Shown piece by piece: positions 27,214 to 39,400 of a stretch of 64,000 bases of DNA. The notes under the pieces are model-generated. The model was given only the letters and a program-made list of their open reading frames with translations. It had not been told where the DNA came from and searched no databases. The DNA is from Cycas panzhihuaensis (Eukaryota > Plantae > Cycadophyta). The stretch spans positions 216,759,741 through 216,823,740 of the forward strand of contig CM041465.1 in assembly GCA_023213395.1 (NCBI GenBank), given 5' to 3'. The position numbers and the translations under genes are program-made. Within the stretch, counting starts at the first letter, position 1. Each line of letters starts with the position of its first letter.

Positions 27214-28039
27214 CCTTCCCTACTCCCAAGTAGATTAGGCACATCCCTTTTTCCTCTCACTCCAAAATGAGCCTAAACTACCACTCTAAGTGTGTCCCTA
27301 TTTCCCTAACCGTAGGCGTCTTAGAGTGGCCCCTTATCTTCATGGTTTTGTTGGTTGTATATCATCCTTTATTTCCCTCCCGACGGAAACCCCTCCTCTC
27401 CTAGTTAAGTATGCAAACTTCCTTCACTCTCGAGCTTGGAATCATATTCGAACTAGGGCCCTTTGCTTGAATATCTATACTCCCCCTTTGTCATTGTTTC
27501 CTTTGCATACCTGTTATGCTCCCTTGGTGGACATGCACAGCTCCCCCTATCCTAGCCTCATTCGTACCTATAACCGAGATACGTGGTGATCGTATGTGCC
27601 CGCTATGAGTATGGTGTTACATGAAAGGAAACACAAGCGTCATCTACACATGATCTAACAACAAACACCATACATAATAATCAACTAAAATTTCCATAAT
27701 GCATAATCCCTTGTGCACCTGTGCACCCATATCTGTATGCATCTATCTCTTTACGCATATATATAAATAAATAAATAATATAACAATGTAACAACATCAC
27801 AAAATCATTATAATACCATCATCATGGGTCAAATGGGGTACCAATTGGCCTCCATCTATATATACATAAATCATATTATACAAGGTCATATAGTACATTA
27901 TCTATGCATCATGCCTCAAGAAGTTGGAATCCTTGCAAGGAGGAGTACAATCATATGTATACATATGGTGAGACTCCTTGGAGGTCCAATGCTTTTCTGC
28001 CCCAAAATTAATAGTACATCAACAACTCCTCAACACCCT

Positions 28040-30592
28040 ACCCTCAAGAGGTATCATCTCCTCACTTGCGAGATCCCTCGCTAGGAGACCATATGCCTCC
28101 TAGACTCCTGCAACGTTGTTGTGAGATTCCTACCCTGCTTTCCTCATCTCGAGGCCTCCTCCAGGTCATTGCCATCGTATAGGTGTGAGATCTACTCCAT
28201 GATAACCTGGTGGTGATCTACTCTACCAGTTGATCGTATCTCATCTGGATACGATCTCTCTCCCCCTCTGCTCCTCGGAGCCTCTTCTCTAGTACGATGA
28301 TCCTGATATAACTCTTCATATCTCTGCATGTTGCTCCTCCTCCCTAGGCCTTGAGTGCCTAGACCTAGCCTCGTAGGGTGTTCCTCTCCACAACTATCTA
28401 GTCTCTCTCTATGCGAAGTCCATCTAGTATGCCTTGCAGCTATCCTACCCTCATCTAGTGCCCTTAGGTCTCTATTACCCATGTGTCCCTAGCTCTAATC
28501 AATAGGGCAAATATCGTTGTATGTGTCCCTACAAATTGAGGCTCCTCACTAGCTAGGATAGGAGGTTATCCCTCCACGTAGACCTGAGGAAACAACTCAC
28601 AGAACATTGCCTCTAATAGCCTCATCGTCTTTGCTATGCCTACTAAACCATGCATACCATATGGTAGTCTAACGAATATGTGTGTATGTGGTGTGTGTAT
28701 GTGAAAGCATCTAAATTAAATCAAAATAAACTATCTAAATAGCTAGTGATTGAAAGGACATTGAGTTAGGGTAATGTCTCACCTCCTAGGACGGCTGGCT
28801 CCTCAGCTCTGACGATCACCTCCTCTATAGGAGCTTCCTCAATTACTGCCCCTACCTCTGGCACTATCTCTCCTACCTACTGAGCTGCCAGAGTGCATCC
28901 TGGCTCTACTTCTCCCTTTGTCGCAGCTATCGCCACCTTTGTCATTGCCACCATAGCCACAATAGCTGCTGGAGCTCTACCCACAACTCCCTCTGCCTAC
29001 TGGCACATATGGTGGTCTGCCTTTCCTCGCAGGCACTGATGGGCCTACCTCACCTCCTACAGCTCCTGATGAGCCAATCCCATTGCCTCCATCATCGTCT
29101 CTACCCTTATCAAGCTCATCTCCTAACTCCCCTGCCATGTCATCACTCTCCTAGTGTACCCCTCTATATGGATCCACCATATAGTCTATTAGAGTAAGTA
29201 GATCGAGTGATGTAGCCTCCACTAACCTCTGTACGTGAGACTGGTCCTTTGTCCCTCTAAACTGAGTCTACCATCTGTGGACCATAGGTGTCTACGCCAA
29301 GATGGGATGTGGTCCTCCTAATGGTGCCACTGCTCTAAAGTGGTTAAAGCACCAGCACTATAGTAGTGTGCAGTAGGAGAATCATTCTTTCCCTACTACC
29401 TAAATCTGATCTAGCTATGCCACTAGGTTAGTTGTTATCAAAGCAACCCAATCTAGTCTCTCCCCTACCTCACATCTCTAGACTGTAGCCATCCATCCAT
29501 CTAGTATGTCCCTGTAATTCTATTTTTGGGAAATCCATAACAGAATAGCCAATGTGATGAGTTTCCTCACCTAAGGAGCTCTGGATAAAACCATCACCTA
29601 GATTGACACAACTCATCGATCCCAACTACCTTGTCTAGTAAAGTATATAGCTGCCTCTATGTGGGCAACATCTGTGCTGGGTAAAGTACCTAGTGATGCT
29701 AGTGCTCCTCCTGTCAATACACCCAAAATCCTCCTGATGTCTCCTGGTATGATAGTAATGTCCCCCACCTGGGGAAGATGGAAAACATACCTCCGTCGAT
29801 CCAAATGGGAGACTATGTCGACTAGGAGGCATTGCTCTGATCCATATTGGGGTGTCCTGATGATCTTTAGGAGCCCCCAGCATCTCAAAGTCGTCATGTC
29901 TCACCTTGACATCATCTCGATGAAGCTAAGCATGGCCATCTCGATGTTCTCACAGCTATCCACCACGATAACTGCCTATAAACAATCCAAAAGTAGTCCA
30001 TAACACCTTTCATTTCATGTCCTTCTTCCCCTTGGATGCCTTGTGCTCTATCAAAGTGAGCTAAGTCATCCATTGAGCCTCATTTCTTCTTTTTCTTTCC
30101 ATTATCCATTCTCTGCCACGCATCAAACTCTACGGTACCACAAACTTTAACACAGGCCCAACTGAGAAATTATATTCTTCTCGGTGACCCCACTGCAAAC
30201 ATCATGGCACTACAATCTTTGTCACGGGGCCATTGTTACCCCCATAAAAAGGGTGGCTTACCCTAAAAAACTAAAAAAATTGCCTAAGTAGGCCAAGGCC
30301 TGGCCCACTGGGACCAAGCTACCTAATGCCCTGGTCCTCCCTCTCTCTGGGCCTCATTTAGGCTCTAGAAGGTCCAAATTTACCCTTAAAGGGCTAAAAC
30401 TAAGCTAGAAAACTACATAAAAGTCAACAAATTAAAATGACGAAATGGAAAGGGTAGTGAACAATCCACTCACTAGATTGGGTCTAGCTACTGCCATCTC
30501 GTCATCCCAGTTCCATAGGTCATCTCCTTGTCTCAATCCAATGGTTATATCTCCTACAAAGGGATCCCAGATTTCAGTAGGGCTCTACTGCA
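28040..30592 (-). pseudogene. Antisense three-exon gene in Tat-A: plant mobile domain (PMD, aminotransferase-like) plus Ala/Glu-rich linker and coiled-coil-like tail; exons ~30592-30474, 29975-28783, 28639-~28040
   Basis: LLVDIVSHLDRRRYVFHLPQVGDITIIPGDIRRILGVLTGG matches the PMD N-terminal motif (LxxxWxxxxxxFHLPxGExTITLxDVxxILGL); downstream LDW and CTLL*CWCFNHF match later PMD blocks. Donors GTGAGT (30473) and GTGAGA (28782) and acceptors TTTATAG (29976) and TTAGTAG (28640) join in frame. Outer ends approximate. Confidence 0.72.
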
Positions 30593-30657
30593 TAGAGGGA
30601 AGGGCTCCAGATTGATCATGGGGCCTGTAAAAATGAATTCCATTTTCACCCCCTTCC

Positions 30658-30666
30658 TTTATATAA
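30658..30666 (-). promoter_or_regulatory. Candidate TATA box for the antisense PMD gene
   Basis: Minus strand reads TATATAAAGG about 65-70 nt upstream of the putative first exon; inference from position only. Confidence 0.4.
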
Positions 30667-31231
30667 GCGGGGGTCCCCATGGGTACTTCCTCTTTTTTCC
30701 TTACCATGACAGCCTTCAAGACCACGTCCTTGGCCTCATCACCTTTGCCTTTAGGGAATATTCCCTTTTTTACTTCTGTAGCCTTTGTTCTGAGCTCTTT
30801 TGGTGCATTTATGATGAGCCTTTCAGTCTCTTATATGTCCCTTCTGCCTCATTTTTTATGTCACTCTGAAACACATCCATGTTTATACTCCTTTAATTCG
30901 TTTCGATATTCTAGATCCGTTTTTGTGGCCCATTCAAGACTTTGAGGCTCCCAAGAGAAGCACCTCCCCCTTTCTAGACCTCCTTTGGCCCTTTTTGGCA
31001 AGCTTTAGGAGCCCCAAAGGGGCTTTTTCACTATCACCTCCTTGCCTCTTCGTCGAGTAGGTTTCCTCAAGCCTGGTAGCCTCTTCTCAGGACTCTCTTA
31101 TCCTTTTATGGTCCATACTCATAGCATTTGGAGCCATTGTAGCCTCGTTGTTACTTCCTCTCCCCCTCTTTGCTTTTTAACCTTATCATCACCATTTCTC
31201 TTGCCATTCAATGCAAACCCTATTTTTCACC

Positions 31232-31654
31232 ATGGTACTACTTATCTTCACCAATATAGGAAGTCATGGCAATCCAAGACCTTCTGCTACTGCGTGGATC
31301 CTCCATGACCCCTTCAGATATGACTATATATGTTCTAAAGTCTTTCTCCTCAAGGCTATAAATAACGAAACTGAATATACACCTATTATCAAGGCCCTTA
31401 CCAATACACTTCATTTTCACCATGGTCCCATCATCCTTTTTCGCAACTCTTATATCATTGTGTCATAGCTAACCCAGGCTTACCAAGTGCATTTCCCATG
31501 ATTGAGAGCCCTCACTTCGACTGCCAAATCTCTCTTATCTCATTTCTCCTTTGTGGATGTTTAGCATATTCCCTGAGACTTAAATGTCGAGGTAGATGAC
31601 CTTATATATTGCATCCTTAAGTGTCGTCTCTCCTTCCTCGATGATCCTCCCTAA
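31232..31654 (+). pseudogene. Stand-alone archaeal-type RNase HI (aRH) ORF in the Tat-A 3' region
   Basis: 140 codons in one frame with 4 stops: MVLLIFTNIGSHGNPRPSATAWIL...AINNETEY...FRNS..IVS*L...V*HIP*DLNVEVDDL, matching the RNase HI pattern DGxSxGNPG...TNNxAEY...DS...HIPRxxNxxAD. Confidence 0.88.
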
Positions 31655-32127
31655 ATAGCCTAGCAGGTTGTCTAATCATCCATGCTTCAGAATCGTCCCT
31701 TCTTCCATTTGCGATTCATTCGCACCTCCAAAAATCATCCACTAATGAGATTAAACTATGGTGACCACCAGGTTTGTTTCTTTATCTTGCCCTTTGTACT
31801 ACCTATGGTACAAGGCCCTTGCATTCTGATATCCACATATTCATACTTCTCATTCATGTTATCTTGTTAATTATACTCATGACTTTTAGCATCACTTATT
31901 TTGCATAGGTGCAATAGGGGGCATCCACCCTTTCTTTTATCAAATTCTAGGGTGATGCATAGGCAGCCCTTGTACTGCCCCTTTTCTATCCTTATCCATG
32001 TGTTTCACCATGACATCTACCACTCCCTTAGATGATGACACCTTTGTACATTGATGCACGATACTAACCTTTGTGTTGATAACATTCACCATTGCTTTAC
32101 CTTTCTGAGCAACGAGGCTCTGCTGCC

Positions 32128-32137
32128 AAGGGGGTAA
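32128..32137 (+). promoter_or_regulatory. Tat-A polypurine tract
   Basis: AAGGGGGTAA immediately before the TG of the 3' LTR. Confidence 0.85.
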
Positions 32138-35100
32138 TGTTTCTTGGCTACCGGGAAAGGACATGGATGCCACCTCTCAGGTTGTTGAGAAGATAAGGTC
32201 CCAACCCTTAAACTGCCACCAAGATCTAAACTATTCTTGCAACTAGTTATAGGAATTGAAACTAAAATTTAATATGCAAGTTCTTAAACCAGAGATAAAA
32301 TAATAAAATGAACAAGAAATCCAAGCATCATATGTACACCCGATATAACATGGTAAAACCCTAGTAGTGTGCTAGAGAAACATCCACACAGGAAAGGTAT
32401 TGATCCTTATTGTTGTAGAATAGAAAAAATGTACATAATCATGTAGCAGAGTGCTCACAGCAACAATAACTAACCGCCCAACTCCTCACAGTACATTAGA
32501 CACTATCAACATAATGAAAAATGCCCTAAATCGGGCTACATGAGAGGGTCATCCAAGGCACAAAGGAACCTCCCAAGGAAGGTTTGGGGGGGAAACTGCA
32601 CCCCTTAGAACCCCCCGAGGAAGGTTTGGAGGGGAAACCACGCTGCCAACATGTCAAAATTTTAGCCTCCAACCATTGTTGTCACACTACCTAACAGTCT
32701 CCACCTTGACAACAATTTTCCCGGTACCTTTCCTGAATCCTTTATCACCTTTTATGCAAGCTAAAAGAAGTCAAATACCATTTGAACTTCTCTAATAGTA
32801 CTAGTTTTATGAACATATCAATATAATTTTGTTTTATATTAACCTTCTCAAGTGCCACTCCACCTACTTCCATAATATGTCTAACAAAATGATACTTAAG
32901 AGCAATATGCTTTGTTCTACTATGATAAGCTGGATTCTTGGCTAGGTAAATGGCACTTTAACTGTCACAAAATACCTTTACCTTTTCCTGTTTCCTTCCA
33001 AACTCATCCAATAGACCCTATAACTAGATTGCTTCTTTACAAGCATGTGCTACAGCAACATATTCAGCTTTTGTAGTCGATAATGTAATTGTGCTTTATA
33101 ATTTTGACATCCAACTAACTAGACCATTTTCAAGAGTAAATATATAACCTCAAGTAGACCTTCTCTTATCTAAATCTCCTGTAAAGTTTAAATCAACATA
33201 TCCATAAACCTGATTATCTGTACCTCCAAAGGTGATGTAATAGTCACTTGTGCCTCTCAAATACCGAAGCACCCATTTCATTGTTGCTTGATGTTCCTTT
33301 CCTGGATTTGCCATAAACTTACTAACTACACTGACTACATGTGAAATGTCAGGTCTTGTACATACCATGGCATACATCAAACTTCCTACTACACATCTGC
33401 ACTCCCACAGCCAGGGGTTCCCCCTTGGAACCACCTGAGGAAGGTTTGGGGGGGGGAACCGTGCTACCAACATGTCAAAATTTTAGCCTCCAATCATTGT
33501 TGTCACATTACCTAACATATGTAAGTATAGGTATATTTCCAACCTTGCCTTTTATTAACTTTAGAATGTAATTGAATATTTATTAGACATGTTCTACATA
33601 CTATTTATTGATTGCATGGTTGTTATGCCTAGCTTACCTGCCCACTTATGCTTGCATCTACTCTTTTAGCCTATGATGACTCAGGACAAATGTCCCATGG
33701 CACATCACGACCCTTTGCCACATCTCCACAACATTCTTAAGTATTTCCAGCTCCTACAGCTTATTTTTTACCACTTTTCTGCTATAATGTAATCCCTAAC
33801 AACTTGTTTAGGCATGATCACCCTCCCTGCTTACCACTTGTCTCGTAATATGGCCTAATTACCTTATTTTTCTTTGTTTATTATGGTCCCGCCAACACCT
33901 AAAGTCTCTTAGACATCTCGACAACCCAATATTCTATTATTTTGGGGTCTAGGACCCTTTTTTGGGGGCCTTCTAGACCCCCCTTTATTTTTTCTACCTT
34001 ATTTTGAGCACATCATGGTACTGCAGTAAACTCCATAGTACCATGAAGTTTGGCATGGTATGACTATCCACTTTTAATTTTTGGCCTTCCAATGACTAGT
34101 TTCCCATTAATCGGTTATTTTCCCACCTAGGGCGATTCCTAATCACTTAATAAGTTAGGGTTGGGTATAAAAATCCAATTTTAAGCTCATTTACTTCTTC
34201 TTGGCTCATTTTTAGAAAGTCAGAAAGGCCTCCTCCAGTTGTCTCCTGCTCTCCTCTCTTGTCTCTTCTTTTCCTAGGGTAAAAACCCTAAGTTGTAGGT
34301 CTATAGTAGTCTAATCTAAGTAGGTTCTCCTATAACTAGCCCTCATACACCACTAAAATTTGATTCTTTTTAGAAAATCTTTGTAACTTACAAGTTTCTT
34401 ACTTTATCTTGCAAATCTTGCATATTGCAACTTTTGCAACATTTGTAGCTTTTATAATTTTTTTTGCAGCCACTACTTCTTGCAAACTTTGCTACCATTT
34501 TGCTTACTTAAAAGCTATAACCTCTTATTTGGTCCACTGGTTTAGACTAATTAAGTGTGTAGAGGTGTCTTACTCAGAGGGTTGGCCATTCTGAGGCTCT
34601 CTTTTTCTCCCCTTTTACCCCCCTTTTTCTAAAGTTGCTTGAGCATTTCACTTGCATGAAAAGAGGGTTTGAATAATACATTATTTCTATTTAAAAAGCA
34701 TTTAAATAAGATCATGTTTTTTTTCTTTTAGCAAGTGTAGTCATATATATACAAATGCACATTTGCTCATATGCACATCTAGCACCCGTGGAAGGAGAAA
34801 CTGACTTATTACGTAGGTCCCACTTTTAAAGCAAGCAAGGATTATTGTGGGAGGTACCGATATTCATTTTACTTTCATTGTTTTACTTTGAAATTTCCGT
34901 TTCCTTTGTAACTCCTTTTTTTTATTTTTATTTCTTTCTACATAAGCTCTTCGGGGAAGGTAAGGAAGCCCCACCGACACTCTTCCTACAATGCCAACCA
35001 CGACAAGGAGTGTGAGGCAAGCAAAAAGAGATCGCAAAGAAAGGAGGAAGGTTTACTACACCAACTGCCATGATTCCACATGCACCTCTTCCCACTTTAT

Positions 35101-36105
35101 CTTCTTTCTCATCCTTCCCCTCTTCTCCTAAAAGAAAAAAAGAAAAGGAAAGGTCACATACACTTTTTCTTGCTTGTGGATTGCTCAATTTGCACTCATT
35201 AGGAAAAGAAATTGCCCCTTACACTTTTAGGCATTAACCCTACTAGCGAAATAGTTTCACCCCTTTGTTGCATTCCTAGTCATTTTTGTATGTTCTTGCA
35301 TTTGCTAAGATAAGGATACAAAGGGATTTAAGCCCCTCTATCATTGCTTTTCTTTCCCATGCACTACTAGGGTAGTTTGCATTAATTGCTACACTCTTTT
35401 TATATGATTTCTTATCCTCTTGGTTCCTTTACTTTTGTTATCATTTGTAAAAGAAAAAAGAGAGAGAGGCGAGAATCAAAAGAGGGTGTTGTTATTGTTC
35501 ATTTTTCTTCTTTTAATTTGCAGTAACTTAGTGATAGTAATACTTTATATTACTACGCTACTCATCTAAAACCAAAATGAAAATATATTACATAGCATCT
35601 TACACACCTAATTACCCACCTAGTGCATGGAAACCTTATGAGCACCCTCCTCTAGGTGCACTTCGGTAAGGCGTCATCTTATCTTACCCCATTTAGGAGT
35701 TGGTCCTTCTATCCAACCTCCTCTTTTCATCGTCACCATTCCCTACTTCTTTCTCGTCCGTAGGTACCCCCTCTTCATCAGGGTTTGACTCTTCTTTTCC
35801 CTCTTTCCTGGGAAAAGTGTCTTTTCATCTTATCTCTCCTTCCTCAACCCATCAAGATAGGAGAGTCCCTTTGAGGCTACTTGACAAACTGAGGGAGCCC
35901 CTTGCCCATCTCGAATCTAAGAAGGTACTCATCCTAAGGGAAGGTTTATGTGCCATTTACGGGTCCTCTAACCTAAGTTTCGATGCACGAATGCCCTTTA
36001 TGGGTGATATTTTATCCTACCTCCAAGGATCCTTTAGCCCCTTGATTAACAATTATATAGGCTTGATCCTCTTACATCTAGTGACCCCCTATAGGTGCAC
36101 TCCCA
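32138..36105 (+). repeat. Tat-A 3' LTR, interrupted by Copia-2 (32183-33517) and lacking ~520 bp present in the 5' LTR
   Basis: TGTTTCTTGGCTAC...CACTCCCA; collinear with the 5' LTR, roughly 10-15% divergent by eye, mostly transitions. Confidence 0.93.
32183..33517 (-). mobile_element. Copia-2: internally deleted Ty1/copia (3' LTR 32183-32696, PPT 32697-32710, RNase H and RT C-terminus ~32780-33395, 5' LTR remnant ~33397-33517)
   Basis: Ends TGTTG...CTAACA; 33421-33517 repeats 32601-32696; minus-strand PPT GTCAAGGTGGAGAC; VGSLMYAMVCTRPDIS...GDLDKRRST; degenerate TSD CAGGT/TATGT (the empty site in the 5' LTR is CAAGT). Confidence 0.9.
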
Positions 36106-36439
36106 CTTTCTCATAGACTTACTTTAGGTGATTGGCCCTAATATGTATTACCAATTTTTGTGACCATACTAAGGAGTTGTTAAAGCTTCCTAATTGCATG
36201 TTTTAAACCTATATCGTTTACATTTACGTGTGACCTTTTATGAACACTTTTATGTGGTTGATTTTGTCGCTTTTGTATTACTCCTTCAATTAGATAAAAC
36301 CCTTTATTCTTATCTAAGGTCCTTATCCTTTCCTTAACTTTCAATTTCTAGCTTTGTGTCTCCATTCTAATAGAGATCCCTCCTCACTATACTTAGTTTA
36401 AGAGATCGAGGAGGCAACAAAGCTCCCCTCCTTAGGACT

Positions 36440-39400
36440 ATAAGTATGATTACTATCAAGAATATAAGGCCCAAGATGGTTGTCCTCCTCATGAAAACTA
36501 TCTTAGGTATGAAGGATACAAGACCCATGTCTACCCTCCTAAGGGATCAATTGACTTGTATGAAATCCCTATTAAGTAAGGTTATTCTAAACATCCCCAA
36601 ATGCACTTGGGGAATCCATCCTTAGCAATTTCTTCAACTACTCAAGAAGAGGTTCATATTGTCCATCTACTTTCAAAGCCTGTCCTCACTAGGATTCCTT
36701 CTCCTATTCCTGTCCTAGGCTATCAAGGTCCTTTTCATCAAGATACCCACACCATAACGTTGTCTTCATATCTGCCCCTTAACCAACATCAAGAACAACC
36801 TAATCCTCTTTCTTAAGAGTATTAACCCCTTCATGACAATCACACTTATACATTTAATGTTCCACCTTCCCCTTGCCCTTCCCATCTTCCTACCTTAAAG
36901 GCATCTCCTATCCCACTTAATGGGATATGAGACACTAAGTCAATTCACTCCCAACCTCAAATACTAGTTAACACAAGGTAGGGAAGGGTTCAAGTTCCTC
37001 TCATGCCTTCTATTTCGTACATTATTTCATTTGAGAACTCTACTTAAGAACACTAACTTACCTTAGGATACCCACATCAAGAATTGACATCACATTAATT
37101 ACCTCACTTAGGACCTAGTGGGAGACCATCCCATCTACGTAGGTATAAGTATCTACATATCACTTTATAAGATCCACCATGTATTGGACATATCCCTTCT
37201 TATTATGTCTCTTGCCTGAGTCAAAGGAATCCTCATCCCTCACCCTACCAAAACATAATACATAATGTGAGACTACCTCCTTCTTAGCCACATAAGAGGC
37301 CTACACCTTCTACTCCTTCATACCACATGTATGACAATTATATTAGTATATAAGACATATTAGAAAGTTCATGTGCCCATATTCCTTTTGATCAACACAT
37401 GCACCAATATCAAATCTTAAGACCTATAAGAGGACCTACATTATCCTTTAGTTCTAAACCTAACTACCCTCATCAACCTATCCCAACACCTAGTCCCTCC
37501 TCTCCAATACACCCCAACAATAATACCATATCCCTTATCTAGGAATTTATCTCAACCCTACTACATGGTTTACTGTTTCTTATTCTCCACCTTCTCATCT
37601 ACCCCACTATGACCATCCTCTGCCCTTTCATCCACCCCACTACAACCAACCTCTACCTAGAACTTCCATGACTTATCAACAACCTCATCCTCACACTCTT
37701 CTACATTGAGGTCTAAGAGGCCATTTGTTGATTATATGAGGTCTCCATTTTCATAAGAGGTCCTCTTCTTATCCATGCCTCTGTTCCTTCCTAAATTACT
37801 CAAGTTTTCAAGGGAGCATTTATAAGGTCCTATTACACATATAAAAGATTTTACACTTGCATGTGTTGATTTCCTCCTCTACAATTATGTCATGATGAGA
37901 TTATTCCTTAAATTTCTTCAAGGTGATGCCTTGTAGTGGTTTTATCATCTCCCATCTACTTCAATATTTAAATTCGAGTAACTAGTCGATGCCTTCATTA
38001 ACTACTTTGATGTTGCTAGACTATTTGAAACCAGCATTTGGTCCTTACTATCTGTCAAACAAATAATGATGAATTATCTTATGATTTCATTAGATAATTC
38101 TAAGACCTAGTTCATGCATGTCACTCTCATCTTGATTTAGGCCTCCTTTTTTATGTTTTTACTAATGCATTGATGTTTTATATTCATTTATCCTCAAGCC
38201 TAGCCCTCAAACCTACAAGGAAGCCATAATTAAATGCTTAGCTCTTAAAGATTTTAAGATTTAAGCTAGAATTAAGAAGATAGGTAAGCATATTCCAGTA
38301 AAAGAATCAAATTAAGGGCCTATTCTAGTTAGGGTGACCATAAATACGATCATCTCACATATTCTATTAGGGCTCTTAAGAACACTATCAATACCAAGTT
38401 ACATACTGAGAATCCCCCTACTTTTAAACATAAGTAAAAAACCAAAATTATCTATTATATCAAGCGAAAAAAATGCTAAGATCCTCTTCCTTCTTCAATA
38501 AAGAAAATCCCTTGGTGTTCTTATTACCAAACTAATACTTAGGATAAGAATTAGTGTCAAGCAGTTTAGGACATGGGTCATAAGACCCCAACTACTAATA
38601 ATCTTACATCTAAGCTAAACCAAGAATAATTGGTCTATAAATACCCCTTGCCTAAACATGGTTCAAAGAATACTAAGGATAAAAACAATGAAAAAATTAA
38701 ACAAGATGGTGCCAGCAATAACAAGAGTGCAAGCTCTAAGCTAAGTAAGAAATGTATGGCCTTACCCAAAGGAGGTTGTAAATGAACTAATAACTAAAAT
38801 TGCTTGACTCCTAAAGGTGGTGAGACTAAGAGAATAATCAATATGCTTTAGGTAATAAAGAACCCATACATGTCCAAATCCCCTAAAGATTTACCAATTA
38901 AAAACCCTAATTATTTACCTCTTATCCCACCTTAACCTATTCATTTTAAGTCTATTCCTTCCACTTCAAAGGATAGATCTTTCTCTTTAGTCGATGAGTT
39001 GAAGTCCCATTTCTAATTAGATTTTAGTCATGGATTTATTGATGAATTACCCGAAGCAATGTCAACTCTTACTTAATGACTTGGGGGTTCCTATTCCCAA
39101 CTCCCTAACAAGCGTTAACCTCTTATTTGATCCCTTTATTCCACCTAGTGAAATGAAATGAAACCATAATGATATTCCTCTATTCTACATTAAGATATGT
39201 AAAAAGGACATCAATATTTGATGCGTCATTATTGATGAAAGTTTATTAGTAAATGTAATCCCTCTTTATTTAGTAGAGGATTTAGAAATTATTGCTTATT
39301 AACCTTGTGAGTAGATATGTCAAGAATACAATAAGAACTAAAAGGTACCATTAGGGCAAGTCATTCTCCATTTCACCTTATAAGGGAAGACAATTATGGT

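Larger units (their letters stand above)
17124..36105 (+). mobile_element. Tat-A: structurally complete Ty3/gypsy Tat-clade (Ogre/TatII-like) LTR retrotransposon, ~19 kb
   Basis: TG start 17124, CA end 36105, exact 5-bp TSD CTTTC (17119-17123 and 36106-36110), two alignable LTRs, PBS, PPT, gag-PR-RT-RH-INT, then extra ORFs (antisense PMD, sense aRNase H). Confidence 0.95.

Noticed and set aside
33150-33473. 107-aa ORF as a gene
   Set aside because: Chimeric reading across the Copia-2 deletion junction (LTR sequence fused to an RT fragment).
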